From an uncultured Nocardioides sp. (lineage in GTDB: Bacteria; Actinomycetota; Actinomycetes; Propionibacteriales; Nocardioidaceae), in NCBI GenBank assembly GCA_964503015.1, contig CAZDAO010000002.1, positions 3,680 through 67,679 on the forward strand: a stretch of DNA of 64,000 bases, given 5' to 3'. A program made the position numbers and the translations under genes. The notes beneath the pieces were generated by a model. That model was given only the letters and a program-made list of their open reading frames with translations. It was not told the DNA's origin and did no database searches. Of this stretch, positions 1-10,800 are shown piece by piece. Positions within the stretch are counted from its first letter, which is position 1; each line of letters begins with the position of its first letter.

Positions 1-44
1 CCAGCAAGCGCGTCAGTCACCACTACGCCGCGCAGCGCGGCGCC

Positions 45-476
45 GTGGGTGGATGGGTCATGACGCTGCCGATCCGGGTCTTGGTCGTCGGTCTCAATCC
101 GCTGCTCCGCAGGATGTTCGGATGGGCTCCGTTCCGCGTGGCGTGGCAGCTGCGCGTCGTGTTCGGGGCGATCGGCGTAGCCGACGGAGTCGCAAGGGGT
201 CGAGCATGGGTTGGGATCGCAGCCGGTGTGCTGGTGCTGTTCAGCTACCTCGTGCCCGCGGCGCGGGGCGAGGTCGCGCGGCGAGCCGCATCGCAGGCCG
301 ACATCGTCCGTAGCGCGGCCGCTCACAGCCAGGGCCTGCTCGGTGCAGCGCCACGCCCCGGCCACCTCGCCGAGACCGATGGCCCGCAGCGGGTTGCGTT
401 GCCTGCGTCGACCGAAAGCAGGCCCTTTGCCGATGCCAGCCACCGCCCTCGCTTGTATCTCGTGCGGACTGAGTAG
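45..476 (+). CDS. Hypothetical membrane protein
   Basis: ORF with hydrophobic stretches (AWVGIAAGVLVLFSYLVPAA); no recognisable motif. Confidence 0.3.
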   Translation: MGGWVMTLPIRVLVVGLNPLLRRMFGWAPFRVAWQLRVVFGAIGVADGVARGRAWVGIAAGVLVLFSYLVPAARGEVARRAASQADIVRSAAAHSQGLLGAAPRPGHLAETDGPQRVALPASTESRPFADASHRPRLYLVRTE

Positions 477-757
477 CCCGCCCGGGCCGGCCCTACCGTC
501 CTTGGGCTCAGCGCCTTGATGACGGCAACGCCGGCATCCGTCCCCGCGCCGACGGCTCGAGAAGGGAGGCGGCATGCAAGCGATCGACCGGCCACCTGCC
601 CGCGCGGGCACGCTGCCTTCCTTGCCTCTTTCCTGTGGGCGCAGATGGGAGCACAATCGCGTCAAGGCGATCATGTCTCACTTCATCGGGGGAGTGGACC
701 GCCGCCGGGTAAGGGAGGCCCTCGGTAGTGCGACTCCTTGCGCCCCTGCTCGGTGCC

Positions 758-766
758 TGTGGATAA
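758..766 (-). promoter_or_regulatory. Perfect DnaA-box 9-mer upstream of the tad operon
   Basis: TGTGGATAA = reverse complement of TTATCCACA, in intergenic DNA. Confidence 0.4.
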
Positions 767-879
767 CCGTTTCGCTCCGGCGCAATCGTCGTAGTTTGCG
801 ATGTGATAGGCGCGAGATGAACGCTCCGCCTCGACTCCGACCATAGGTGGTCGGAGGACTCGGGAGGAACTGAGCAGCG

Positions 880-1569
880 ATGTCGGTGGATGCAGACCGC
901 AAGTCCGGTCCGGACGCGCGCGCGAGCGTGCCCGCGACGGGTTCTGCACCGAGCCCGTTGCCCAAGATCAGGGTCCGTCGTCGCCCGTGGCTGTTCGCGT
1001 TGATGGCGGCACTCGTGGCCGCCGGTGGACTGCTGGGGGCGTACGCCTACACCTCGCTCGACCGTACCCAAGCTGTCTTGGTCCTCGCCGACGACGTCGC
1101 TCGGGGTGCCGTGATCGAACAGTCGGACATGTCTGTGGTCCGGCTGAGCGTCGATCCGGCGCTGTCGGCCGTGGCGGCGGCGGACCAGTCCCGGATCGTG
1201 GGGCGCCGCGCCGCCGTTGACTTGTGGGCCGGCACCTTGATCACCGAGGACTCGGTCGCGGACTCCGTGGTCCCCGTCGCCGGTCAGTCGATTGTCGGTG
1301 TCAGTCTGACGAGCGCCCAGATGCCGTCGGAGCCGCTCCATGCCGGCGACCAGGTGCGGCTCGTGCTGACCCCGGAGGGCGCCGAGGGCGCAGGAGATGC
1401 CGCGCAGACGTTGCGCACCATCGACGCGGCTGTGGTCAACGTGTCCCGCGTCCCCGAGACCGGGAGCACAGTCGTCGACGTCACGGTGGCCGCGGACGAG
1501 GCCGCCGAACTGGCCGCAGTGGCGGCCCGGGGTGGTGTCGCACTCGTGCTGGACACGCGGGAGAAGTGA
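880..1569 (+). CDS. SAF-domain Flp pilus assembly protein (CpaB/RcpC-like)
   Basis: N-terminal TM after RRRPW; SAF-like VLVLADDVARGAVIEQSDM...VGRRAAVDLWAGTLIT; LHAGDQVRLV; GGAGG RBS; first gene of tad cluster. Confidence 0.85.
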   Translation: MSVDADRKSGPDARASVPATGSAPSPLPKIRVRRRPWLFALMAALVAAGGLLGAYAYTSLDRTQAVLVLADDVARGAVIEQSDMSVVRLSVDPALSAVAAADQSRIVGRRAAVDLWAGTLITEDSVADSVVPVAGQSIVGVSLTSAQMPSEPLHAGDQVRLVLTPEGAEGAGDAAQTLRTIDAAVVNVSRVPETGSTVVDVTVAADEAAELAAVAARGGVALVLDTREK

Positions 1570-1570
1570 C

Positions 1571-2476
1571 ATGGCGCTGGTCGTGGTGTTCTCCGCCGGC
1601 GGGTCGCCCGGCGTGAGCACGACGGCACTGGCGTTGGCATTCGCCTGGCACCGACCTGTCCTGCTGGTCGATGCAGACCCCAGCGGCGCATCAGCAGTGT
1701 TCGCCGGCTATCTGCGCGGAAGCCAGGCGCCGGGCGGCGGACTGATCCGTCTGGCGCTCGCACAGCGCGACGGAGACCTGGCCGAGGTCCTCCCGCACGA
1801 GACACTGGTCCTTGACCCACCGTCGCACCACCCGCCCCCCGACGCGTCATCGGCCGCAGGGGCGGGGTCGGTGTGGTTCCTCGCTGGCATCCGCGATCAC
1901 CGCCAGGCGCCCAGCGTGGTGCCCCTGTGGGAGCCGTTGGCCGAGCAGCTGCGAGCAATGGACGACCAGGGGCAGGACGTGATCGTCGACGCCGGCCGAC
2001 TCGGTGTCGCCGGATGGCCGCGCGAACTAATCCTCGCCGCCGACCTCTCCCTCCTGATGACCCGGACCTCCCTGCCTGCGCTGGCGGCCGCGCGTTCATA
2101 CGCCGACATGCTTCGCGAGGACTTCGCGGCCCTCGGGGGAGGCCATCGCGTAGGGATCATGGCCGTCGACGAATGTCATCGCTGGCCGATCCATCAAGTC
2201 GCGGTCTCGCAGGTGCGGCCCTACACGCCGCGGCAGATCGAGAAGGCACTCCAGTTGCCTGTCGTGACGACACTTCCGTGGGCACCCGAAGCCGCCGAGG
2301 TCTACTCCTACGGAGTACGGCCCCCGCGCAAGTTCGCCGGCTCCACGCTCGTGGCCAGCTACCGAGCCGCGGCGGGCGCCATCACGGGTCACATCACCTC
2401 CCGCCACCCCGCATCTACGCGCACACCGATGACGCCGGCGCCAACGTCGACGCGCAGAACTGCAGGTCGGTCATGA
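1571..2476 (+). CDS. MinD/ParA-like P-loop protein of Tad locus (TadZ/CpaE-like)
   Basis: MALVVVFSAGGSPGVSTTALAL...VLLVDADPSG and DVIVDAGR; starts 1 nt after the previous stop. Confidence 0.8.
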   Translation: MALVVVFSAGGSPGVSTTALALAFAWHRPVLLVDADPSGASAVFAGYLRGSQAPGGGLIRLALAQRDGDLAEVLPHETLVLDPPSHHPPPDASSAAGAGSVWFLAGIRDHRQAPSVVPLWEPLAEQLRAMDDQGQDVIVDAGRLGVAGWPRELILAADLSLLMTRTSLPALAAARSYADMLREDFAALGGGHRVGIMAVDECHRWPIHQVAVSQVRPYTPRQIEKALQLPVVTTLPWAPEAAEVYSYGVRPPRKFAGSTLVASYRAAAGAITGHITSRHPASTRTPMTPAPTSTRRTAGRS

Positions 2477-4197
2477 CCACCGAACAGCGGCCAACCGACC
2501 AGGACGACGCGTCCGGCACCGACGCCGAACAGGTGCGAACGTTCGCGTCAGGGTCGGGGTCGCGGTTCGCCCACCTGCGAGGAGACGGCCGAACCGCTCC
2601 CGCACTCCGGGCGGATCCCACGCCATCCCGCCAGCGCGCCCGCCACCCGGGACCTGAGTCCCTGGAGCCGCCAGATCCGGGAGACCTTCCGTTGTTCGCT
2701 GCCGGTGTGACGGACGGGGCTCCACGGCGAGGAGCCCGTGTCGGCCCGGTGCGTGCCCTGATCCCTGAACCCTCGGTGGCCGATGGCGGCGAACCGGATG
2801 TCATGGGCTGGGAGGTGGTGGCGCAGCTGCGGGCCGAGGCATCGGGTCGACTCACGGCCCGGCTCGAGAAGGAGGGGAGCCGGCTCACCGATGCGGAACG
2901 GGAGCAGGTCGGTCTCGCGGTGATCGCCGAGCTGGTCCGGGCCGAGTCGGAGGAACGCGTCTCGTCCGGTCGCCCCGGTTGGTCTCCTGAGCAAGATGAG
3001 CACCTGCGCCAGACGCTATATGACGCCATCTTCGGGTTGGGCCGCCTGCAGCCCCTCGTCGATGACGAGACGCTGGAGAACATCATCATCATCGCCCGCG
3101 GCACCAGCATCACGGTGTGGCTCGAGGCCGCCGACGGCACCCTGTCCCAAGGCCCGCCCGTCGCTGACTCCGAAGACGACCTCCGCGAGTTCCTCGCCGA
3201 CCTCGGTGCCCGGCAGAACCGTCCGTTCACCGAAGCACGCCCCAGCCTGCACCTGCGACTGCCGGGCGGCGCGCGTCTCGCCGCCGCCTCCTGGGTCACG
3301 GCCCACACCTCGGTCGTCATTCGACGCCATCGGCTGGTCGAGGTGTCGATGGAGGAGATGGTCCACGAGCGGCGAGCGTGCAGCCCTGCCCTTGCTGACT
3401 TCGTCTCCGCCTGCGTCAGAGCCGGCAAGAGCATCGTGGTCTCTGGCATCCAGGGGTCGGGCAAGACGACGTGGGTGCGCGCCCTGTGCTCCCAGATCCC
3501 TCCGCACGAGATGATCGGCACCTTCGAGACCGAGTTCGAGCTGCATCTGCATGAGATGACCGATCGTCACCGGATCGTGCACGCGTGGGAGCACCGCCCC
3601 GGGTCGGGTGAAGTCGGCGTCGCCGGACGTCAGGCGGGGGAGTTCACCCTCGAGGAGGCCATTCACGACTCGTTCCGGTTCAACCTGGACCGCCAGATCG
3701 TCGGAGAAGTCCGCGGACCTGAGGTGTGGCCGATGCTGAAAGCCATGGAGTCCGGCCCCGGATCCATCAGCACGACACACGCGCGCAGCGCCGAGCACAC
3801 GATCGAGAAACTGGTGTCCTGCGCGATGGAATCGGGTCCGCACGTCACGCGCGAGCTCGCTATCAGCAAGATCGCGGCAGCGATCGACATCGTCATTTAC
3901 CTTCACGCCGACATCGTGGAAGAACCGGACGGCACCCAGCGCAAGCGCCGGTGGGTCCACGAGGTCCTCGTCGTCGAACCCAGCCCCGACGCAGTGATGG
4001 GCTACTCGGCGACCTCCGTGTTCCGCCCCGACGGGACTGCACCCACCGGAGCGGCACCGGGCGGGTTCGCCGTCGCCACCGGCGAGATCTCGGACCGGCT
4101 GTGCCGAAACCTGATCCGCCACGGTTTCGACCTCGACGCCTACAACGCCGAGTCCACCCGCTCGCGCCCTCTCAACCGTGGCGCAGGTGCGTCATGA
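2473..4197 (+). CDS. tadA: Tad pilus assembly ATPase (CpaF/TadA)
   Basis: Walker A SGIQGSGKTT, IVGEVRGPE, STTHARSAE, FGLGRLQPLVDD; ATGA overlap. Confidence 0.93.
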   Translation: MTTEQRPTDQDDASGTDAEQVRTFASGSGSRFAHLRGDGRTAPALRADPTPSRQRARHPGPESLEPPDPGDLPLFAAGVTDGAPRRGARVGPVRALIPEPSVADGGEPDVMGWEVVAQLRAEASGRLTARLEKEGSRLTDAEREQVGLAVIAELVRAESEERVSSGRPGWSPEQDEHLRQTLYDAIFGLGRLQPLVDDETLENIIIIARGTSITVWLEAADGTLSQGPPVADSEDDLREFLADLGARQNRPFTEARPSLHLRLPGGARLAAASWVTAHTSVVIRRHRLVEVSMEEMVHERRACSPALADFVSACVRAGKSIVVSGIQGSGKTTWVRALCSQIPPHEMIGTFETEFELHLHEMTDRHRIVHAWEHRPGSGEVGVAGRQAGEFTLEEAIHDSFRFNLDRQIVGEVRGPEVWPMLKAMESGPGSISTTHARSAEHTIEKLVSCAMESGPHVTRELAISKIAAAIDIVIYLHADIVEEPDGTQRKRRWVHEVLVVEPSPDAVMGYSATSVFRPDGTAPTGAAPGGFAVATGEISDRLCRNLIRHGFDLDAYNAESTRSRPLNRGAGAS

Positions 4198-5165
4198 CTC
4201 CCTTCATCGCCGCCGTGGCCGGGGCCCTGGTGGTCGCTGGCCTCATCGGCATGGTCGTCGCACTCCTGCCCACCGCACCGCGAGCGATACGTCCACCACG
4301 ATTCGCGCGCCGCGGCCAGCCATCGGACCGGCCGTGGCGCCACGTCAGCCTTCGAACCAGGCAACTCCTGCTCGTCGGGACCTTGGCCGGACTACTGATC
4401 GCGCTCGTCACAGGTTGGGTGATCGCGATCGTGCTGGCACCGGCAGCCGTGGTGGGGATCCCGGTCCTGCTGACGCCCCCTGCCTCCGGCGCTCAGGTGG
4501 AGAAGCTGGAGGCCCTCGAGGAATGGGCCCGCTCGCTGTCCGGGAAGCTCACGGCGGGTCAATCGCTGCGCTCTGCCCTCATCCGGTCGCTTCGCTCGGC
4601 TCCGGCCCCGATCGAACGAGAGGTCGGACTCCTCGTCTCACGGCTGTGGGACAACAGCGCCTCCACCGAGGACGTGCTGCGGCTCTTCGCCGAAGACATC
4701 AACGACTCCACCGGCGACGTAGTCGTCACCAACCTCATCCTCGCCGCGTCCGGCCGAGGTCAGGTTGGTCTGTCGGTGGCACTCGAGGCGCTCGCGGAGA
4801 CGGTCGCCGCCGACGTCCGCGCACGCCGCCAGATCGCCGCTGATCAGGCCAAGCCGCGGACCACCGCCCGCACCGTCACAGCCATCACCCTCGCCGTGCT
4901 GGGTGTGCTGGGCCTGACTGGGACGTACATCGCGCCCTACGGCACGCCCATCGGCCAGGTCGTCCTTGCACTTCTGCTGTGCGCCTACGTCGCGACCTTG
5001 CTGTGGCTGCGGCGTATGGCGGTGCTGCCACCGCTGCCGCGGTTCCTCAACCTCACTAACCGACTACTCGCCCGATCTGGATCAGGAACCGCACCAGCAT
5101 GGTCGGCAGACCTCCTTCCAGAACTCGGTGCGGACTCCGGCGCAGGATCGGGAGACGGCTCATGA
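4194..5165 (+). CDS. tadB: TadB-like T2SSF-domain membrane protein
   Basis: Multiple TMs; EALEEWARSLSGKLTAGQSLRSAL; follows tadA with ATGA overlap. Confidence 0.85.
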   Translation: MTPFIAAVAGALVVAGLIGMVVALLPTAPRAIRPPRFARRGQPSDRPWRHVSLRTRQLLLVGTLAGLLIALVTGWVIAIVLAPAAVVGIPVLLTPPASGAQVEKLEALEEWARSLSGKLTAGQSLRSALIRSLRSAPAPIEREVGLLVSRLWDNSASTEDVLRLFAEDINDSTGDVVVTNLILAASGRGQVGLSVALEALAETVAADVRARRQIAADQAKPRTTARTVTAITLAVLGVLGLTGTYIAPYGTPIGQVVLALLLCAYVATLLWLRRMAVLPPLPRFLNLTNRLLARSGSGTAPAWSADLLPELGADSGAGSGDGS

Positions 5166-6076
5166 CCGGCCTGCAGTTCGCCCTGTGCGGTGGTCTCATG
5201 ATCGGCCTGGCCGCCGCCTTGTTCGTCTACCGCCTCGCGCCATCAGACCCGCACCTGGGTGACGTCCTCGACCGCCTCGCACCGGAGCCGCCGACCCGCA
5301 CCGCCTTGCGTGACGGAGGTGCCAACGCAGCAGTTACGTCGGGGACCGTCGCCGACCGGGTCGGAGCGTGGGCCCTGCGCACCTTGCCCGGCGGAGCCTG
5401 GGTCCGCACCCCGCACCGGGACCTGGCGATCCTCCAGATCAGCGAGACCCGCTTCTACGGCGAGAAGGTCCTCTGGGCCGGCCTGGGCCTGATCCTCATC
5501 CCCGGGCTGTCGACCTTCCTGACACTCATCGGATTGCCGATCCCGCTGGCCGTGCCCACCCTCGGTTCCATCGTGCTCGCCACGGCGGGCTGGTTCGTCC
5601 CCAACTACAACGCGGTCGACGATGCCAAGCGCGCACGAGTCGAGTTCCTGCGGGCGCTCGGTGCCTACATTGAGCTCGTCGCCCTTGAACGTCGCTCCGG
5701 CGCCAGCGGCCACCAGGCCCTCGCGGTCGCCGCCGATGTCGGCGACTCATGGGTCTTCACCCGCATCGCCACCGAGCTGCGTCGGGCACGGTACGCCTCA
5801 CGAGCCCCCTGGGAATCCCTCCACGACCTGTCCGACGAACTCGGTGTCCCCGAGCTGGACGACCTCGCCGACATCATGCAGCAGTCCAGCCAGGACGGCG
5901 CTCAGATCTACACCAACCTACGAGCACGAGCCACTGCGCTGCGCTCAGCCATGCTCAGCGCCGAGATCGGCAAAGCCAACGCCGCCTCCGAGCGGATGTA
6001 CATCCCCGCCAGCCTCCTCGGCGTCGTCTTTATGGCGATCCTCATCACCCCTGCACTCCTCAGATTCACCGCCTAA
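5162..6076 (+). CDS. tadC: TadC-like T2SSF-domain membrane protein
   Basis: YIELVALERRSGAS..QAL; ELGVPELDDLADIM; LRARATALR; ATGA overlap. Confidence 0.85.
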   Translation: MTGLQFALCGGLMIGLAAALFVYRLAPSDPHLGDVLDRLAPEPPTRTALRDGGANAAVTSGTVADRVGAWALRTLPGGAWVRTPHRDLAILQISETRFYGEKVLWAGLGLILIPGLSTFLTLIGLPIPLAVPTLGSIVLATAGWFVPNYNAVDDAKRARVEFLRALGAYIELVALERRSGASGHQALAVAADVGDSWVFTRIATELRRARYASRAPWESLHDLSDELGVPELDDLADIMQQSSQDGAQIYTNLRARATALRSAMLSAEIGKANAASERMYIPASLLGVVFMAILITPALLRFTA

Positions 6077-6202
6077 CCCCCAACACCTCGACCGACTCAT
6101 CGACCCACCCATATCCCGAAGCAACCAGACTCCACACCCCTCACGCCTCGGAGCTCACCAGTTCACGACCACACGTCCCCGCAGGCTTGAAAGGAAGCAG
6201 CC

Positions 6203-6466
6203 ATGAAGCTCCTTCTCCACCTCCACACTCAGGTACATCTCTGGCTCCACCTCCAGCTCCACCCGGTCACCGCCCGCTCCACCCGGCTCGATCGAGCCCG
6301 CACCGATGACTCCGCGGCACCGGGACTGTCGGGACGACCCCGCACTGATCGCGGATCGGTCACGATGGAGCAGGTGCTGTGGGCAGTCGCCGTCATCGCC
6401 ATCGTGGGCATCGTGGTGGCGGCGATCACCGGGTACGTCACCAGCCAGGCCGGGAAGATCCAGTAG
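6203..6466 (+). CDS. flp: Flp-type major pilin
   Basis: GAAAGGAAG RBS; prepilin site DRG|SVTME followed by a hydrophobic helix and short tail. Confidence 0.8.
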   Translation: MKLLLHLHTQVHLWLHLQLHPVTARSTRLDRARTDDSAAPGLSGRPRTDRGSVTMEQVLWAVAVIAIVGIVVAAITGYVTSQAGKIQ

Positions 6467-6476
6467 GCCGGCCCCG

Positions 6477-6884
6477 ATGTCACCGCGCAAGGGCACGACC
6501 CGGCAGCAGCGCACTCGCGACGATCGCGGGTCGGTCGCGATCCAGATGGCGCTGCTGCTCCCTGCCCTGTTCGCGGTGATGTTCTTGGGAGTGCAGGCGT
6601 CTCTGTACTACCACGCACGGACCGTCGCGCTCGCAGCCGCAGAGGAAGGCGCGCGAGAAGCGGCCGGACAGACCGGCAGCCGCGACAGCGGAATCGCTGT
6701 GGCGTCAGCCTTTCTGCGCGACGCCGGCGGGGATGACGTCATGACCGACACCGGCATCACCGGCACCCGCACCGCCGCCACGGCCACCATCACCGTCACC
6801 GGCAGGACACTCAGCGTGATCCCCGGCTGGCGAGGCACCGTGACCCAGCACGCCAGCATGCCGGTCGAACGGATCACCCCATGA
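6477..6884 (+). CDS. tadE: TadE-like minor pilin
   Basis: DDRG|SVAIQMALLLPALF; AAEEGAREAA. Confidence 0.85.
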   Translation: MSPRKGTTRQQRTRDDRGSVAIQMALLLPALFAVMFLGVQASLYYHARTVALAAAEEGAREAAGQTGSRDSGIAVASAFLRDAGGDDVMTDTGITGTRTAATATITVTGRTLSVIPGWRGTVTQHASMPVERITP

Positions 6885-7342
6885 CCCGCCAACCGAGCTC
6901 TCACGAGGACGTGACGGCGACTCGACACCGCCGCGACGAGTGCGGGTCGGTCGCCATCGAGGCAGTCATCGGACTACCAGCCTTCGCGCTCTTCATCGCA
7001 CTCATCGTCATGGGAGGCCGGGTCGAGGTCACCCGCCAAGCTATCGAGGCAGCGGCCTTCGACGGCGCACGGACAGCATCCTTGGAACGCACCGGACCCG
7101 ACGCGGCCGCAGCAGCGCGCGCCAGCGTCGCCACCAGTCTCGCCGGCCTACCGTGCAGCTCCAGCAGCGTGGTCGTCGACGCCGCCGGCTACGAAGCGCC
7201 GCTCGGCACCACCGTGCTGGTCGGCGTCACCGTCCGCTGTCGCGTCGGGCTCGCAGACCTGTCCCTGCCCGGAGTGCCAGGCCACCGACTCATCACCGAG
7301 ACCGCCTACAGCCCCGTCGACGTCTACCGGGAGCGCCGATGA
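6881..7342 (+). CDS. TadE/TadF-like minor pilin
   Basis: DECG|SVAIEAVIGLPAF; AAFDGARTASL; ATGA overlap. Confidence 0.85.
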   Translation: MTRQPSSHEDVTATRHRRDECGSVAIEAVIGLPAFALFIALIVMGGRVEVTRQAIEAAAFDGARTASLERTGPDAAAAARASVATSLAGLPCSSSSVVVDAAGYEAPLGTTVLVGVTVRCRVGLADLSLPGVPGHRLITETAYSPVDVYRERR

Positions 7343-7842
7343 TGCACGCCCACGCACCGCGCAGAGTCGAGCCCCGTGCTTCCCTCAGCGCCTCCCACAG
7401 CGCATCCGACCGGGGTCACCCAGCACGCGGCTGCCGCTGCGACGACCGAGGGTCGATCTCGATCTGGTTCGCCACGACCTCCTTCATCATGGTGGTGCTC
7501 GTCGGACTGGTCGTCGATGTCGGCGGCCAGGTCAAGACACAGCAGCACGCCCGAGCAGTCGCCGCGCAGGCCGCTCGTGCCGGTGCTCAGGAGCTCGACG
7601 CCACCTCTGTCCAGGGTCGCGGTCTATCGATCGACGCTAGCAGCGCTCGGGCCGTGGCCACCGCGTACCTACGAGCCGCAGGCGTCACCGGAACCGTCAC
7701 GATCAGTGACGGGACGCTCCTCACGGTGCGCACCACCGACACGTACCGGTCGAAGTTCCTCGGCATCATCGGGATGAGGCACATGACCGTCACCGGTGAA
7801 GGATCCGCGCGCCTCATCCAGACCCCCGGGAGCCGGACATGA
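7339..7842 (+). CDS. TadG/Tad-domain minor pilin
   Basis: DDRG|SISIWF...LVGLVVDVGG...AAQAARAGAQEL. Confidence 0.8.
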   Translation: MMHAHAPRRVEPRASLSASHSASDRGHPARGCRCDDRGSISIWFATTSFIMVVLVGLVVDVGGQVKTQQHARAVAAQAARAGAQELDATSVQGRGLSIDASSARAVATAYLRAAGVTGTVTISDGTLLTVRTTDTYRSKFLGIIGMRHMTVTGEGSARLIQTPGSRT

Positions 7843-10800
7843 CCCACCCCAATCACCACCACGAGATCCAGCGCGAACTCCCGTACCGACGTCGACAGCG
7901 AGTCCCAGGCCGGGTCCTCGGGCTGCTCGCGACCCTCCTCGTGGTCGGCATCCTCCTAGGGCTGCCCGCGCTGCTCATCGCAATCGGGGCCACGCCGCTT
8001 TCCGGGGTGTCACCCTCGCTCACATCCCTGGTCGACTCCCTGCTCACACCCGACGACGGAACCCTCGTCCTGGCGACTCTCCAAGTGGTCGCCTGGGGCG
8101 CTTGGGCGTACGCAGCAGCCGGCCTGCTCACCGAGCTGGCCGCCCGCGTGCGAGGGGTGCCGTCCCCCCGCCTCCCCGGCCTGGGCGCATCACAGCTCAT
8201 GGCCAAGACCCTCATCGGCCTCGCCACGCTGCTCTTCGTGGCTGCTCCGAACGTGACCGGAGCAGCACCCGCATCAGCATCACCGATTGCACCCTCAGCT
8301 GCATCGAGCGCACGACCACCAGAAGCCACCACCCTGACCTCAACCGGCGGCGGAGGTGTCGCTCCGTCGGACCGCGTGACTGGCACCGAAACCCGATCGG
8401 CCCCCACCCGCACCGCTCACTCGAACCACGCGGCACCGTCCGCGCCGACACAGACGTTCGACCACACCGTCAAGCCCGGGGAGAGCCTCTGGTCGATCGC
8501 CACGCTGCACCTCGGGGACGGATCCCGTTTCACCGAGATCGTCGAGCTCAACCGCGACACTGTCGGCGACAAGCCTGGCTTCCTCCGCCCCGGCTGGGTG
8601 CTGCGCATCCCCATTACCGCCGACACGATCGACACGTCCGGGGCACGACATCCCACCGTCCAGCGGGGAGACACTCTGACGGCCATCGCCGGCGATCTCC
8701 TCGGCGATCCCGGCCGCTACCTCGAGATCTTCCACGCCTCCACCAGCACCATTCAGCACGACGGGGACAGGCTGACCGACCCCGACCTCATTCAGCCCGG
8801 CTGGACCCTCACCATCCCTCGGGCGACATCCAGCCCAGGTCGTTCAGCAGCCGAAGGCGCACAATCGCGGCACCACGACGGCAGCAGCCACTCGAACGGT
8901 GACGCACAGTCCGACCCCGCCTCCGAAAGCCCGGTAGATCACTCGCACTCGAACCTCGGATCGAGGTCGGGATCCAGGTCGAACGAGTCGCAGCGACCTC
9001 ACGACGACGCACCGACGCAACGCAGCGACGTTCGTGACGGTGACGAGCGCAACGATGGCCCGGCCAGTGAAGTCAGTGCCACCGAGCACGATGAGGTGGG
9101 GGAGGAGGACTCCGTGGTGTCCTCACCGTGGTTCGTCGCAGGACTCGCCGGAGGCGGCATGTTGCTCGCAGGCGCCTTCCTCTTGGCCCTGCGCACGCGA
9201 CGACGCTCCCAGTTCCGCACCCGCCGACCCGGCCGCACGATCGCAGCGCCAGACCCCGCTCTCGCCCAGTTCGAGAAGTCCGTTGCCGCTGCCACAGCAG
9301 CGGCAGTCACCGTGGCGTTCGCCGACCAGGTCCTGCGCCGCCTCGCCGCTCGCGTCGCCGCGACGCGGTCGAGCATGCCGCCACTGGCAGCTGTTGAGCT
9401 CGGCCACGGCGCCCTCACCCTCCATCTCAGCGCCCCCGCGGACCTCCCGGCACCGTGGCACGGCACCGTCGACCGAACCCACTGGCACATCGACGCGCCC
9501 GGCCTAGACATCGGTAGCACCGCTGAGAGCGTCGGCGACCTGTCCTCCGATGCCACTGAGTCCGACGCCGAAGTCCAGGACCTCGAGGCGCCGTATCCGC
9601 TCCTCGTGACCATCGGCACCAGCGACACCGGCGAGACGTGGATGCTGAACTGCGAAGAGCTCGGTGCCCTCGCCATCTCAGGCGACCTCGACCACGCCCA
9701 GAGCTTCCTGCGTCACCTCGCAGCACAGATCGCCGTCAACCCGTGGTCGTCGCGCGTCACAGCGGCCTGCATCGGAGTCGCCGCGGAAGCTGCGTCCATG
9801 GACGAACGACTGACGTACGTCGCCGAAACGGACGGTCTCGCGACACTCGTCCAGGACACCACCAACGCGGCGGAAGCCAGCATCATCCGCGCCCGGGCAC
9901 ACGACACAGACGTGTCCACCGCTCGCACCGGCTACCTCGACGACGACACATGGCCCGCACGCCTGCTGCTCGTGGACGCAATCTCCACCGAGCCAGCAAC
10001 TCGTGCGCTCCTAGAACACCTGACCCAGCTCATCGCCCAGCACCCCGGCCAAGCCTCCACCGCGGTGATCACCAGCGATCCGACCGGCCCCGTCCACGAC
10101 GCGCGGAATCCCGTCGTCACCCTGCATGTCACCTCGTCCGGCCGCATCACCCTCGAGGAAGCCGGGCTCGATCTGGTCTCGGTCGGCCTGACACCCGAAG
10201 AGGCCGACGGATGCGCCCGGCTCTACGCCCAGCGCGCAGCCCTCGACGATGTCCCCGTGCCCGCCGACGACGCTGACATCGATGCGGACATCGATTCGGA
10301 TGTTGAGTCGGCCATCGATGCGGACGGATACGGCTGGGTGACCTACGCAGACAGGGTGGGCGCGCTGCGAGAGGAGTACACACAGCCCAGAGACGCACAC
10401 CAGGACGACGACGTAACCGCCTACGTCAGCATCCTCGACGGAGATGACGAGGACTACCTGCGCTCCGGTGCCCTGACCGAGGACGACCTGCAAGCGGTGG
10501 CACCGAAGGTTCCGGCAGATCTCCGAGCCGAGGTCGAGTCTGCCGACCCGCTCCTCGACCAGGACGTGGCGGACTGGTTCGACCACAACTGTCCTCGCCC
10601 CCGGCTCAGCCTCCTCGGACCTGTCACCGCGCGTGCTCATGGCCAAGCCCTGGCCAAGCGAAAGCCGTACTTCACCGAGCTACTCGCCTTCCTGGCGCTG
10701 CGGCGTCACCACGGCGCCACCCGCGACGAGGTCTGCGACGCGTTCGGCATCTCGCCTGGCAAGTGCCGCGATTACATCAACATCGTCCGCGACTGGCTCG

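Noticed and set aside
1571..2476. ParA partition system (also 16996-18204)
   Set aside because: Walker A lysine missing, no ParB partner; context is pilus/conjugation
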